From assembly GCA_963664815.2 (NCBI GenBank), contig CAXXHB010000003.1, positions 4,201,688 through 4,265,687 of the forward strand: DNA of 64,000 nucleotides, written 5' to 3'. A model generated the notes under the pieces. The model was not told where the DNA came from, ran no database searches, and saw nothing but the letters and a program-made list of their open reading frames with translations. The position numbers and the translations under genes are program-made. This document shows positions 39,583 to 50,682 of the stretch, piece after piece. The DNA comes from Spirochaetota bacterium. Lineage in GTDB: Bacteria; Spirochaetota; UBA4802; UBA5550. The first letter of the stretch is position 1, and every line of letters begins with the position of its first letter.

Positions 39583-40995
39583 ATGACAGAAAAGAAAGAG
39601 AAATCAAATCCTAATAAAAAGATAGAAGAAAAACTGTTCTATAAAAAAGAGAGCGCATGGACTGATTTTAAGGAATCAGAACATAAAAAAATATTTGATT
39701 TTGCCAACAATTTTAAAACTTTTCTTACTGAATCAAAAACAGAGAGATTATGCATAGAAAAAATAAAAAATATCCTTGAAAAAGCGGGATTTAAAAATGT
39801 TGAAAATATTAAATCAGTTAAAAAAGGTGATAAAGGATATAGAATCTATAAAGGAAAAACCCTGACTGCATTTGTTGCAGGAGAAAAACCCGATGAGTTC
39901 AGGCTGATTGGTTCACATGTGGACTCACCGCGTCTTGATTTAAAACCTTTCCCTCTTTATCAAAGCTCCGAACTTGCACTTTTGAAATCGCATTATTATG
40001 GTGGTATAAAAAAATTTCACTGGGTGAATACCCCTCTTGAACTACACGGTATTGCATTTACAAAATCGGGTAAAAGTATAGAGATAAACATAGGAGATAA
40101 GGATGAACAGCCAAAATTCATTATACCTGATCTTCTCCCGCACCTGGCAAAAGAACAGATGAAAAAAGAGGGATCAAAAATCATTGAAGGTGAAGAACTT
40201 AATATTATCTGCGGACATATTCCTTTAAAAGACAAGGATATTAAAGATAAAGTGAAATTTACCATACTAAAATATCTCAACGACACTTACGGATTAATTG
40301 AAGAAGACTTTGCCTTTGCTGAACTGGAATTTGTCCCGGCACAAAAAAGCATAGATATAGGTTTTGACAAGGGACTGCTGGGTGGGTATGGCCAGGATGA
40401 CAGGGTTTGTGTCTACTCTTCACTAATGGCATTACTTGAAACAAAAGCTCCCGTACATACAGCTGTTGCCTATTTTGCAGACAAGGAGGAAACAGGTTCA
40501 TACGGCGATACAGGTGCTGAAAGTTTTTCTCTTGTTAATTTTACATTTGAATATATCAAACTTGCAGGACTTAATATGCTCCCGTGGAAAATCCTCGAAT
40601 GCTCAAAAGCAATTTCAGCCGATGTAACTACAGCAATGGATCCGACTTTTTCATCTGTTAATGACCCGCAGAATGTTTCTTATCTAGGAAAAGGAGTATC
40701 TATAGAAAAATATGGTGGCGGCGGCGGAAAATATAATACCAATGATGCACATGCCGAGTATATGCAGTACATCAGAAATCTCGCTGATAAAAACTTCATA
40801 CCATGGCAGAGTGGTGAAATGGGAAAAATAGATATAGGGGGAGGGGGGACTATTGCAATGTTCATGTCAAGGTTTGGTATGGATTGTGTTGATGCCGGAC
40901 CTTCAGTTCTGGGAATGCACTCGGTATGTGAAGTGACATCAAAGGCAGATATATACTCAGCTCATCTTCTCTATAAAGCGTTTTTCTCAGAGTAA
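39583..40995 (+). CDS. M18 family aminopeptidase
   Basis: 'GSHVDSPRLDLKP', 'HYYGGIKK', 'GQDDRVC', 'DKEETGS', 'SADV', 'GGGGTIA', 'MHS'. Confidence 0.93.
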   Translation: MTEKKEKSNPNKKIEEKLFYKKESAWTDFKESEHKKIFDFANNFKTFLTESKTERLCIEKIKNILEKAGFKNVENIKSVKKGDKGYRIYKGKTLTAFVAGEKPDEFRLIGSHVDSPRLDLKPFPLYQSSELALLKSHYYGGIKKFHWVNTPLELHGIAFTKSGKSIEINIGDKDEQPKFIIPDLLPHLAKEQMKKEGSKIIEGEELNIICGHIPLKDKDIKDKVKFTILKYLNDTYGLIEEDFAFAELEFVPAQKSIDIGFDKGLLGGYGQDDRVCVYSSLMALLETKAPVHTAVAYFADKEETGSYGDTGAESFSLVNFTFEYIKLAGLNMLPWKILECSKAISADVTTAMDPTFSSVNDPQNVSYLGKGVSIEKYGGGGGKYNTNDAHAEYMQYIRNLADKNFIPWQSGEMGKIDIGGGGTIAMFMSRFGMDCVDAGPSVLGMHSVCEVTSKADIYSAHLLYKAFFSE

Positions 40996-41024
40996 CAATA
41001 TCAGATAAAAACCGGTTTATAAAT

Positions 41025-42122
41025 ATGTCCGTCAATAAACAACTTCCTTTCAGGATATCCCTTTTTGCTGTCATGACAGCAGCGTTTGTTTTCGGATACC
41101 TAGATCAATACCTTCATATGAATTTTGAACGACTTCATATTTTTCTCTTTAACCTTACAAGCGGGGGGTTTACTATTCTCTACTTTACAGAAAAAAAAGT
41201 GATTCCCTCCTTTAAAACAATTCTTTTTTTTATTATCAGTATCATATATGCATCTCTTGCTTTCCTGAAATTCTATATCCCTGCAGCAGCAGCAGCAGTT
41301 CTACTGGCACTTATTGTTGAATCGTTCAGAATAAAAAAATTTACATTTTTCCCTTCAATTTTTTTTAAGCGAGAGTTTCCATCATCGGAAAAGTTTCATC
41401 ACGCCTCTCTTTTATGTCTCGTAATTGCCCTTCTTCTTTCATCATTTGTTATACTCAATGATACTTGTTTTCATCTCTTTCATTTTGAAAAATTGACTCT
41501 TGATGTTTTCTTTCTCGGATTTTCATTTCCGGTATCTCTTATTACAATGTCAATTATATTCGGAATCATCGAAGATAAAGAAAGAAAAAATATACTGACA
41601 ACTGAGCATCTTCTATTCTGGTTTATTAACGCAGGAGTAATAATATTTTTTATTTTCATAATCATGAAATCATTTCATGGAGAAATCTTTATTTCATTTT
41701 TTCTTTTTATAACTGTTCTTTTTATTTTTGCCGTCTTCTTTAAATTCGGGAAGATGATGCAACAGAAATACTTTCTGGTTTCAGGGATTTATTTCCTCAT
41801 GGCAACAGCTGTTACCGGTATACTTTATGTGATTATTAAACAAATGGCTTATGATGAACTCTTCGGAAAAATAATTTTAAGAATGCACGCATTTTACTCC
41901 CTCTACGGATGGAATCTGACCGGCATAATGGTGATTATTCGCTGGGATGACTTTCCTATAGCTCTTAAAACAAAAAAAGCTATTTTTTTTCACTGGGGTG
42001 TCATACTTTTACTTGCTCCATTTGCAAAATTTTATCCGGTACTGATACTGCCATCAATCGTAGCATATATTGCATTTATTGCTGTTTTCTTTTTTTCCGG
42101 AACGGAATCAGAAGTTCAATGA
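41025..42122 (+). CDS. Hypothetical polytopic membrane protein (about 11-12 TM)
   Basis: Very hydrophobic 365 aa ORF with several intramembrane His residues. Confidence 0.72.
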   Translation: MSVNKQLPFRISLFAVMTAAFVFGYLDQYLHMNFERLHIFLFNLTSGGFTILYFTEKKVIPSFKTILFFIISIIYASLAFLKFYIPAAAAAVLLALIVESFRIKKFTFFPSIFFKREFPSSEKFHHASLLCLVIALLLSSFVILNDTCFHLFHFEKLTLDVFFLGFSFPVSLITMSIIFGIIEDKERKNILTTEHLLFWFINAGVIIFFIFIIMKSFHGEIFISFFLFITVLFIFAVFFKFGKMMQQKYFLVSGIYFLMATAVTGILYVIIKQMAYDELFGKIILRMHAFYSLYGWNLTGIMVIIRWDDFPIALKTKKAIFFHWGVILLLAPFAKFYPVLILPSIVAYIAFIAVFFFSGTESEVQ

Positions 42123-43571
42123 CACAGAGGCTGTTAGCTCGGCATTACCATTAATATCATTATTCAGGCCAACAGAAAAATCAACATGTTCTGCAGATAA
42201 GACCTCCCTATTAAAAAAAGCATATGAAGGCTCAACAAAGTATGATGTAATTATTTCCACCCCTTTAAACAGGGCAAGCGACCCTAAAAGTACATTTCTT
42301 TCCCTCCTCTCTTCTGTATACACAGCATAACCGGCAAGAGACATCTCTCCGATATAAATCCCCCAGCCACTCCATCTGTAACCTTTATAAAACATTCCAC
42401 CACCAGGCACAAAAACCGACAGCACTGCAGCTGATATATCATGATCGACAAACTGCGGCGGGAGCATATTCTTTTCTCTATAGTTATAGGTAAGCTGGCT
42501 GAAAAATGAAACAGCAAACGTAAGTGGCAACGTGCTCCATGTGTAATAATTTAATCTCTTCATCCGGTCTGATCTGTCGGAATCTTCCACCCATGGAAAA
42601 AAATTTACTTCAAAATCTGCAAGCAGGGGGACAAGACCCAAATGGACAGCAGCAAGGGATGAAGTAAGAACAATCCCCGCTGTATCGGCCTTTCCTTTAT
42701 CAATTCCCATGTATTCAAGCGAAAGAAAAGAACCGTAACCCGGGAGACAGAAATTTGCCCCCTCGTTAATTATACATGTACCTTTAATTGACTCCTTTAT
42801 CCGCCCGTTTCTTTTATCCAGGAAATCATCCGTACCGTAGACTCTGACAGTATTCTCTACAATCTCATAATTTATTTTTTTTATTATTTTTTCAAGATCA
42901 GGATAAATCTTAAACTCCAGAGTTTCCCCCTTTGTGAAAAATTTACCATATACAACCGATGTATATCTGGAAACATCTTTTATTACTATTTGTCCTGCGT
43001 CTGTATTATAGCAACCTTTTTCTAGACCATGCCACTGCCCAGAATCTATTAAAGCAGATCCATTATCAAAAATTTCGAGAACAGTACTCTTAAGAGTTAC
43101 TCTATTCATAAGATTTGCAAATTCACGCGCTGCTTTAAGCGGTAGATTCTCAGGTAACCGTGATTTTATAATTTTCTCTGACTTCATGCTTTTGTATTTA
43201 TCGTTTAAAGGAATAAGTTCCAGTTTTAAAACATAATCACCCTTTTCTTCCATGCATGTTATTACAGAAAAAATATCAGTTTTTAGATAAATTGCGGCAT
43301 TCCTGTAAAGACTACTCCTGTCTGAACCTTCACTTTTTTCAACTGCGGCCTTCTTGTAGTTATACTCTACCGGAATAAGCCGACCTGCTGAAAAACATAC
43401 TTCAATAAGAGCCGACTCGCTACCTTTAAGAATTTCATCACATACAGGATTCCCGGTGTATGAAGGAAAAACAACAAAATCACCTTTTACAGTTATTTCT
43501 CCATAGACACCTGAGCAGAATACGAAAAAAATCAGAACGAAACCCAGTTTTATTTTTTTATATTTCATCAC
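42108..43571 (-). CDS. Hypothetical exported/membrane protein with two DUF5683/TM2-like motifs
   Basis: Signal peptide, then 'ANFCLPGYGSF' and 'AVLSVFVPGGGMFYKG', each followed by hydrophobic helices. Confidence 0.62.
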   Translation of the reverse strand: MMKYKKIKLGFVLIFFVFCSGVYGEITVKGDFVVFPSYTGNPVCDEILKGSESALIEVCFSAGRLIPVEYNYKKAAVEKSEGSDRSSLYRNAAIYLKTDIFSVITCMEEKGDYVLKLELIPLNDKYKSMKSEKIIKSRLPENLPLKAAREFANLMNRVTLKSTVLEIFDNGSALIDSGQWHGLEKGCYNTDAGQIVIKDVSRYTSVVYGKFFTKGETLEFKIYPDLEKIIKKINYEIVENTVRVYGTDDFLDKRNGRIKESIKGTCIINEGANFCLPGYGSFLSLEYMGIDKGKADTAGIVLTSSLAAVHLGLVPLLADFEVNFFPWVEDSDRSDRMKRLNYYTWSTLPLTFAVSFFSQLTYNYREKNMLPPQFVDHDISAAVLSVFVPGGGMFYKGYRWSGWGIYIGEMSLAGYAVYTEERRERNVLLGSLALFKGVEIITSYFVEPSYAFFNREVLSAEHVDFSVGLNNDINGNAELTASVSLNF

Positions 43572-43652
43572 CTGTTGTTTTTTCCCTTAATTGTTCATGA
43601 ATTTTTTATATTGCTACAACTATTTCTTAATATTTTATTTATTATTAATCTG

Positions 43653-43672
43653 CTCCATCAACAATGATGGAG
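43653..43672. repeat. Perfect 8-bp inverted repeat between divergent genes
   Basis: ctccatca-acaa-tgatggag. Confidence 0.5.
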
Positions 43673-43791
43673 ATGCTATATTCTTTTCATTTGCAAGACA
43701 GCTTACTATTATGAAATATTCATCCTTCCAGGCTTTTTTTAATTGAAAAAAATAATATATCTGATTGATTTAATGAAATTATATTTTTATT

Positions 43792-44819
43792 ATGAAATTT
43801 AAATCTACCATAATACTGATTCTATTTTTTAATATACTGTCAGTAAAAACATTATATTCAGAGAATAATTATTCCGGTTTTTCGTTCACATTATCCACTG
43901 GTCCATCCTATATTACCGGTTTTTATAAAGATTTTTTAACAGGCGGTTCATCTACCGGATTCAATACATATTATAACTTTCCTTTTTTTATCAGCAACAC
44001 TTATTTCAATAGCGGCTTATTCTATAATCACTACTTTATGGCATTGAGCAGTGATTCAATTTTAAGTCAGTATGATATTTTTGGCGGATTCGGAATTTTT
44101 TATTCTCTCTTGTCTTTTCTGGATATATAAACTGGTATTAACATCCATGGAATATACACCAGACTTGTTACTGATAATACCGGAAGAAAAGAACACTCCC
44201 TTAAACCGGCAATTTCATATAATATCGGAGCAATGATATACCTGGGGAAAGGACTCGGACTTTGTGTCCTTTCTGATTACAAGCAAATGAAATTTTCAAA
44301 TGAAAACTTTTCCGTTATTGATGTTACCGCAGGCTTAACATATAACTATAACTCATACCTTCATGAACTGGAACTGATATCCAAATCTGAAAAAACATTA
44401 ATAATGTTCAACCGTGGTCTTGCCGAGTTTAAAAAAAGAAAAATTTTAATGACGCTAAAACTATACTTAATGATCTTTACAGGATAGATAAAACCTATCA
44501 TGGTCTTGATTATTACTTAAAAAAATTGATGAGATTGAACATAATAAAGCATCAACGGATATTTATATAAAACAGCAGAATTACCTGAAAGCAATACCGT
44601 ATCTTGAAGAATGTTCCGCCTATATAAAAGAATGTGAGCTTCAATTACTCAGCCAGAGAAAATTATTAAAAGTAAACGTCACTATGTGGGAAACCGATGG
44701 CATCAGACTGTATGATGGAAAGGATTCTCCTGGTGGATCCTGAAAACCAGAATGCCAATATTTATCTGCCCAGTGCGATAAAACGCCATAAGGCTATAGA
44801 ATCCATGCAGGGTAGATAA
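43792..44819 (+). pseudogene. Disrupted outer-membrane beta-barrel plus TPR protein
   Basis: In-frame TAA at 44128-44130 (the frame continues to ATG 44233), frameshifts in A-runs near 44431-44443 and 44519-44525, and another break near 44715. TPR-like remnants 'QQNYLKAIPYLEEC' and 'MERILLVDPENQNANIYL'. Confidence 0.78.
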
Positions 44820-44822
44820 ATA

Positions 44823-47554
44823 TTGAAAATAAAATATAAACTTGTACTGATATTCATTCTCTTTACAATGATTATCCTTATTCCATTTATCAGCATCCTG
44901 ATTAACAAACTTGAATCTGAAACACTGAATTATACAATTACTCAGAGTAAAACAAACAGTAAAATCTTTTCAAAATCAGTATTGAATATTCTTATGATGA
45001 ACGGTGGAGACATATATTCATCCAGTGTTGATATCAAAGACATGACATCAATGCTTGAACCACTTATGGAAGAAGGGCTTGTTTACGCAGATGCAATTCT
45101 TCTTTCATCTGATCCTGAGAAAAACGGAATTATCCTCGCATCCCTTAAAGATGAGAGCCAACCCATATCATTACATTATCCCATGCAGAAAATTGGAACC
45201 GAAGAAATCGGAAAAATGATGGATGTAAAAAATAGTTACAGGGAGTTACCTCTGAACGAAAAATTTATTGAATTTATATCAACCGGTAACCTGCCGGGAA
45301 AGGAACCTTTCTGTATTGCAAGATTAATTATCAGCAAACCAAAAGCACTGAGACAAATAACCGCACTTAAATTATATCTTAACATTACAGTTATAATTCT
45401 TTTACTAATTGCCATAATCCTTGCATTTGTATTTGGAGAGTATATTGCAAGACCAATAATTGTTCTTACTGATGGGGTTAAGGAAATAGAATCTGGAAAC
45501 TAAAGGTATAACGTCTGCATAAATCAGCAGGATGAAATCGGTAAGCTCGCTTCAACTTTCAATAAAATGACATTAATGATACATCTGAAGATTACAGAAC
45601 TTGAACAGGCAAATGAAGACCTGACCAAATTGGATAAACTCAAAGATGAATTTCTAGCCAACACTTCACATGAACTTAAAACACAGGTTCATGGAATCCT
45701 CGGCCTAACCGAATCTCTTATGGATGGTACCTGTGGAGATCTAAGTATCAATGCCCGGCAATTTCTTTCAATGATACTACAGAGCAGTCGACGTCTTGCG
45801 AAACTTGTAAATGATATTATTGATTTTTCAGAACTTAAAAGCAGAAATATTAAACTTCTTAAGATGAGTATTGACCTCGGGTCAATGGCTGAGACAGTTA
45901 TAGCAATGATCAAACCCGCTATCACTGATAAAAACATTGCTATAATAAATAATATTAAACCCGGAGAATATTATGTTTTTGCTGATGAAAAGAGGCTTCA
46001 ACAAATACTCCTTAACCTCACGGAAAATGCCGTCAAGTTTACGGAAAGTGGAAGTATAAATATCTCTGCAGATACTCTTCCCTCTGGAGAGTGTATAATT
46101 GCAATTTCCGATACGGGAATGGGAATTCCGAAAGATAAACAAAAACTTATTTTTGAATCATTCGTTCAATCAGACGGTTCCACATCAAGAAAATATGGAG
46201 GAACAGGGCTGGGACTGTCAATAACAAAAAATCTTGTTGAGCTTCATGGTGGAACAATCAGTTTAAACTCGAAACAGGAGGAAGGTTCAACTTTTTATTT
46301 TACAACAAAACCGTCTGAAAACCTTCAACGGAAATAAACACCTATCCAACTGATCGCTTTGCCGCTTTTAACACCGGCTCTACTCATCTGATAACCGATC
46401 TGAATACCGATATAACATCAGGTGCCAGGGTAATGATAGTCGACGATGATTTAATTAATCTCCAGCTTCTTCTAAATCAGCTTACAAAAGAAGGTTATTC
46501 TGTCAGTTCATTCTCAGAAGGGAAAGAAGCACTTGCAAATATTGAATCAGGAGATTATTACGACATTATTCTTCTTGATGTCATGATGCCCGAAGTTTCC
46601 GGATACGAAGTCTGCAGTAAAATTCGTGAAAAATTTACCTCTTATGATCTCCCCATTATTATGCTCATTGCAAAAAATACTAAACAGGATATTATAACAG
46701 GTATAAAGCTCGGGGCAAATGATTACATTACCAAGCCTTTTGATAAGGAGGTACTTCTTGCAAGAGTTAAAAGGTAGATATCTCTAAAAAAGGCGGTTGA
46801 AGAACAAAACAAATTCATAGCAGTTAAACAGGAGCTTGAAATTGCGAGAAATATTCAGCTTGCAATACTCCCTCAAACACTACCAGACATATGTGGCCTT
46901 TCAATCAGTGCAAGGTATGAACCGATGATGTAAATTGGTGGCGATTTCTGCGACTTTATCCAACTGGATGACAAAAGAATAGGCATACTCATTGCCGATG
47001 TCGCAGGACATGGTATACCAGCTGCTCTTATAAGCTCTATGGTAAAAATAGCTTACTATATGTCTTATGATTCATTGACAAATCCGGCAAAACTTCTGGA
47101 AAAGATGAACACTTCACTCATTGACCATATTTATGGCCGTTTTATTACAGTATTTTATAGTTTTATCGATCTTCAGGAGATGAAAATGACATTCTCTAAC
47201 GCTGCACATTGGCCTATGTATATTCACAATAAGGAAAACAACAATCTTCGTGAACTGACAGTCCGAGGTAAACCGATTGGTTTAAACCGTGATGAGAAAT
47301 ACAAAAATATCACAATAGATATAAAGAAAAATGAAAGGCTTGTATTCTTTACAGATAGAGTTGTTGAAGAGAGAGATATAAATAACACCCAAATAAACGA
47401 AGTAACTCTCGAAAGGATAATTAAGGAGAATTCGCAAATGGCTCCGGAACTTCTAATAGATACAATTTTTAATTCAATTTACAAATATTCAAAAAACTAC
47501 AGAAAGTCTGGTCTTGAAGATGACGCAACAATGGTTGTGGTTGATATAATCTAA
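44823..47554 (+). pseudogene. Disrupted hybrid sensor: TM-periplasmic-TM-HAMP-HisKA-HATPase-REC-SpoIIE(PP2C)
   Basis: In-frame TAA 45501-45503 inside HAMP, frameshift near 46320, TAG 46775-46777, TAA 46931-46933. Motifs 'FLANTSHEL', 'GGTGLGLSI', 'LLDVMMP', 'IADVAGHG', 'DDAT'. Confidence 0.9.
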
Positions 47555-48633
47555 TACTTCAACTCTACAAGAACAGGTTGATATTTGTCAGGGTCAATAT
47601 AAATCAGAAATAAATTTCTTCCGGAACTGAATATTTCTTTTCCTGAATATGCCCACATAGTTGCACCTACTGTTTTTTTTACTTTATGAACTACCTCTTT
47701 TTTAGCAGAATGTAATTTTGAAAAATCTTTGAACCTGACCTGAACTATATCTCCTGTAAAAATCCTTGAATAAATTACAATATACTCTTTCATATATTCA
47801 TTATAAGATAGTGAACATTCGCCGGACACATCGTCTGAAAACTCCCCTGCATTTTTTACATCATGAATCCAATCCCCGGAAGATGAAAGATAAGTATAGG
47901 CCGCCCTTTTTTCTATATCCTCCATCCTTACCCTTGAAAAATATAATGGAAATTCATTGGTATTTTTTTTAAAATGCCCGGCAAGATAAACATATCCATT
48001 TCTTTCCATAACCGCCGCGCCGAAAAAGGGCTCTCCTTTTTCAAAGAGTGGCCCAAGCCTCTGGAAGTCAATTCTGTCTCCCGGCTTCCACCCGCTCGGG
48101 ATGTTCCAGCGTGCAAGCCCCGTGTAGAGAACATGAAAATCAAGAAAATCTGCGCGCTCAGGAACATACACATGGAGATAATATACATATACTTTATCCC
48201 CGGAACGAATTCCATCAAAAGCCCAGAATCTGTGGTTAAGAGGATTTTCGTTTTTGTTATTTTTTATGAACTGTGCGATTTTATTATTCTCTTTATAAAA
48301 AAAGAGTTTTATGTTTTTGTAATTTCTTTCAGTAATCTTCTCACTCCACGCTATTGAGTTTGAGATCATGCCATCGATAAACGCCTCATTTTTATCGGCC
48401 TCGAGGCGTCCCTTTTCACTTTTCCATCTCCCGGTGATTGTATCTGCAAATGTCCAGAGAGTGACCTCATCGCTGAATTTTATTGAACATACGCCGTCCT
48501 GTCCTATGACTGATTCAAGTCTAGAAGAGGCAAATATCCCATGCTCAATTGATTGAGGTTTATATACACATGATGTTATGTTTACTGGCATAAAAAAAAT
48601 AATAAATAGGAGAGCTGAGATTGAACGGTTCAT
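47551..48633 (-). CDS. DUF4185/DUF5005-like beta-propeller protein, probable lipoprotein
   Basis: Lipobox-like 'NITSC', 'GQDG...TLWTFADT', 'SNSIAW', 'ECSLSYNEYMKEYI'. Confidence 0.62.
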   Translation of the reverse strand: MNRSISALLFIIFFMPVNITSCVYKPQSIEHGIFASSRLESVIGQDGVCSIKFSDEVTLWTFADTITGRWKSEKGRLEADKNEAFIDGMISNSIAWSEKITERNYKNIKLFFYKENNKIAQFIKNNKNENPLNHRFWAFDGIRSGDKVYVYYLHVYVPERADFLDFHVLYTGLARWNIPSGWKPGDRIDFQRLGPLFEKGEPFFGAAVMERNGYVYLAGHFKKNTNEFPLYFSRVRMEDIEKRAAYTYLSSSGDWIHDVKNAGEFSDDVSGECSLSYNEYMKEYIVIYSRIFTGDIVQVRFKDFSKLHSAKKEVVHKVKKTVGATMWAYSGKEIFSSGRNLFLIYIDPDKYQPVLVELKY

Positions 48634-48639
48634 GCCTGA

Positions 48640-49236
48640 TTATGGTACTGCCACACATCGGACAGCTTTCTTCTTTGGTTTATCTGTTATATCATTACCA
48701 GCCCAGTTTTTTAAGTAAAAACTATCCCATTGCACGACGCCAGTATAAAAATTTACAGCCCAGATCAGATTAGTAAAACCGGTTAAAAGTGTGGAACTCC
48801 AATAGTGCTCATAACATAAATTTGAAACACAATATGAATCCCAAAAAGCTGAGTAATCATTTCCTAAGTCTGCTGTTGTCACAGCGCAGTGAAAGGCCAG
48901 TTCAATCACCTGATTATAATTGTTTGTAGATGTAGGATTATGATGAAAATAGACAATGCTCTGAAGCTCCCGTATTGTAGGCAATCTCCAGTCTGATCTC
49001 CCTTCATGAACGAGATTTTTACATACGGTTATCGCCTCGGCCCATGTGTAAAGTTTTTTTGTCCCTTTACAGTTAAAGTCATATATCGGTTTATCATCTG
49101 TCGACATGGGACATCTTGTCCAGTACAATCCTGTACTTTTATCAAGAACAACTCCTCTTGATAAAACGCTATAAATCTTTGTGCTAAAAACAAGTATTGC
49201 GGCGATCAGAACTAAACAAATAATTATCTTTTTCAA
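48640..49236 (-). CDS. DUF1566 (Lcl C-terminal, C-type-lectin-like fold) exported protein
   Basis: 'VLDKSTGLYWTRC', 'TWAEAITVC', 'DWRLPTIREL', 'YWSST', 'VRCV'. Confidence 0.88.
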   Translation of the reverse strand: MKKIIICLVLIAAILVFSTKIYSVLSRGVVLDKSTGLYWTRCPMSTDDKPIYDFNCKGTKKLYTWAEAITVCKNLVHEGRSDWRLPTIRELQSIVYFHHNPTSTNNYNQVIELAFHCAVTTADLGNDYSAFWDSYCVSNLCYEHYWSSTLLTGFTNLIWAVNFYTGVVQWDSFYLKNWAGNDITDKPKKKAVRCVAVP

Positions 49237-50061
49237 GCCGGATCTTTTATTCCTCCCCTAACACATCTTACATACTGTTTTTTCAAAAGAGAGATCCACG
49301 TTCAGCTTGCGTTTAAAATCAACACTTTTTGTACAATTGCCACCTGACTGGAAACAGTTTTTTTGTTTAAAATAAACTATCCAGCCATAATCAATAGTTT
49401 CAAAATAATCACTAATAAAAAGTTTAGATGTAAACGTCCAGTAACCTTCATCTATTGTGTATTCAGTCCCTGGGAAAACGTTTGTGTCAATCTGAGGATC
49501 ATCTGTTAAAGTATTATCAAAATTGATAATACTCATCATTTCAGAAACTCTTGGTAAACTCCAATCATTATAGCCTGCATAGTGCTGCAAGGTATCATTA
49601 TCGTCTGAATCGATTCCATTCATCGTTTTTTTACAGAACTCAACCGCATTTATCCATTCCATTTTAACATGAGTTTTAGTACACCCTGCCGTTGTATCCA
49701 TGGCATATACTTCATCTCCGCTGTAAGGTGTATTATCAGGATCACTTGCCAGATAAACGGAACATCTTGTCCACATAAGCCCAGTAGTTTTATCATGCAC
49801 TACATTGCCATCTCCGCCAGATACTACTCCGGGATTTGTATCAGGATTTATTATATAATTCCCGGCGGTATTTAAAGCAGGCAACCTGAAATATGTTGTT
49901 CTTAATAACGCATCATTATCAGAAATTACAACATCAAAAGGGGCTATAAAGTCCTCCTCATCCTGCATTGCATCCAGAAAGGAATCGCTGAAACAACCTG
50001 ATAACATCAGCAGGAATGGTGTAAGCAACACTAAAGATATTATTATTCGTATAAATCTCAT
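49233..50061 (-). pseudogene. DUF1566 lipoprotein with a +1 frameshift near its 3' end
   Basis: Lipobox 'LSGC', 'DKTTGLMWTRC', 'DWSLP'. Removing one base from the 6-nt run at 49278-49283 restores 'EKQYVRCVRGGIKDPA*', whose TGA overlaps the next TTG start. Confidence 0.8.
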
Positions 50062-50073
50062 AAATTAAAAAAC

Positions 50074-50106
50074 CAATTCAACAATAATCAGGTTCTTGTT
50101 GAATTG
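50074..50106 (-). promoter_or_regulatory. Perfect 11-bp inverted repeat overlapping the putative promoter of the DUF1566 operon
   Basis: caattcaacaa-N11-ttgttgaattg. The minus strand reads TTGACA-N18-TATTGT through it. Confidence 0.55.
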
Positions 50107-50351
50107 TCAATATTAATCAGGCTTAACAAATAACATGAATTTGCTGAATTACCCCATTTTTATAACCCTGCTCTTTGATTCCTGGAGTTCCAGAAAATAT
50201 TATATTTTATTTCTATTTTTAAATATCTTAAATTAATCACTTTAAAAATTTGATTTTTTTATTTTTTTTTATAAATTCCCTTTAACTAATACTAGCTGTA
50301 TATAATAAGTAATCAAGCCATTGCAGTGAAATTAATTCTGATGATTGCTGA

Positions 50352-50630
50352 TTATTCCTGATCAACAATCTGAAAAAGAAAAATTAAAATAGCGAGAGAT
50401 ATTATGAAACCAGGATATTTCAGGCTGTTTGTTAATCTTCTGCTTATATCCTTTTTCTGTATTACTCTTCGGAATGTTCCTAATAATATAACACATGAAA
50501 TTAAATTCCACTGCTCTGTTCTATACAAAGTAACTCTTGTAGCATTGTACATAATACTCTTTACCCTGCATACATGCAGAAAACACAATATTTTCAGTTT
50601 CCAGAAATATATCATTTTTCAACTTCGATG
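50352..50630 (-). pseudogene. Possible remnant of a membrane sensor gene
   Basis: Broken protein-like frames 'DIFLETENIVFSACMQGKEYYVQCYKSYFV*NRAVEFNFMCYII...' ending in a TM-like stretch 'GFIISLAILIFLF'. Confidence 0.3.
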
Positions 50631-50682
50631 CATACTGATAAGACAGTCTCTCAGTATGTGCTTGGAATTTTCAGGGTAGAAA

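Noticed and set aside
43792-47554. Stop-codon reassignment or readthrough (in-frame TAA/TAG inside conserved domains)
   Set aside because: The stops are mixed TAA and TAG, they come with frameshifts and damaging missense changes, and TAA/TAG terminate normal genes throughout the window. Decay or assembly error explains them better.
48640-50680. Diversity-generating retroelement around the DUF1566 genes
   Set aside because: No reverse transcriptase or Avd gene, and I could find no template repeat resembling either 3' end within the window.
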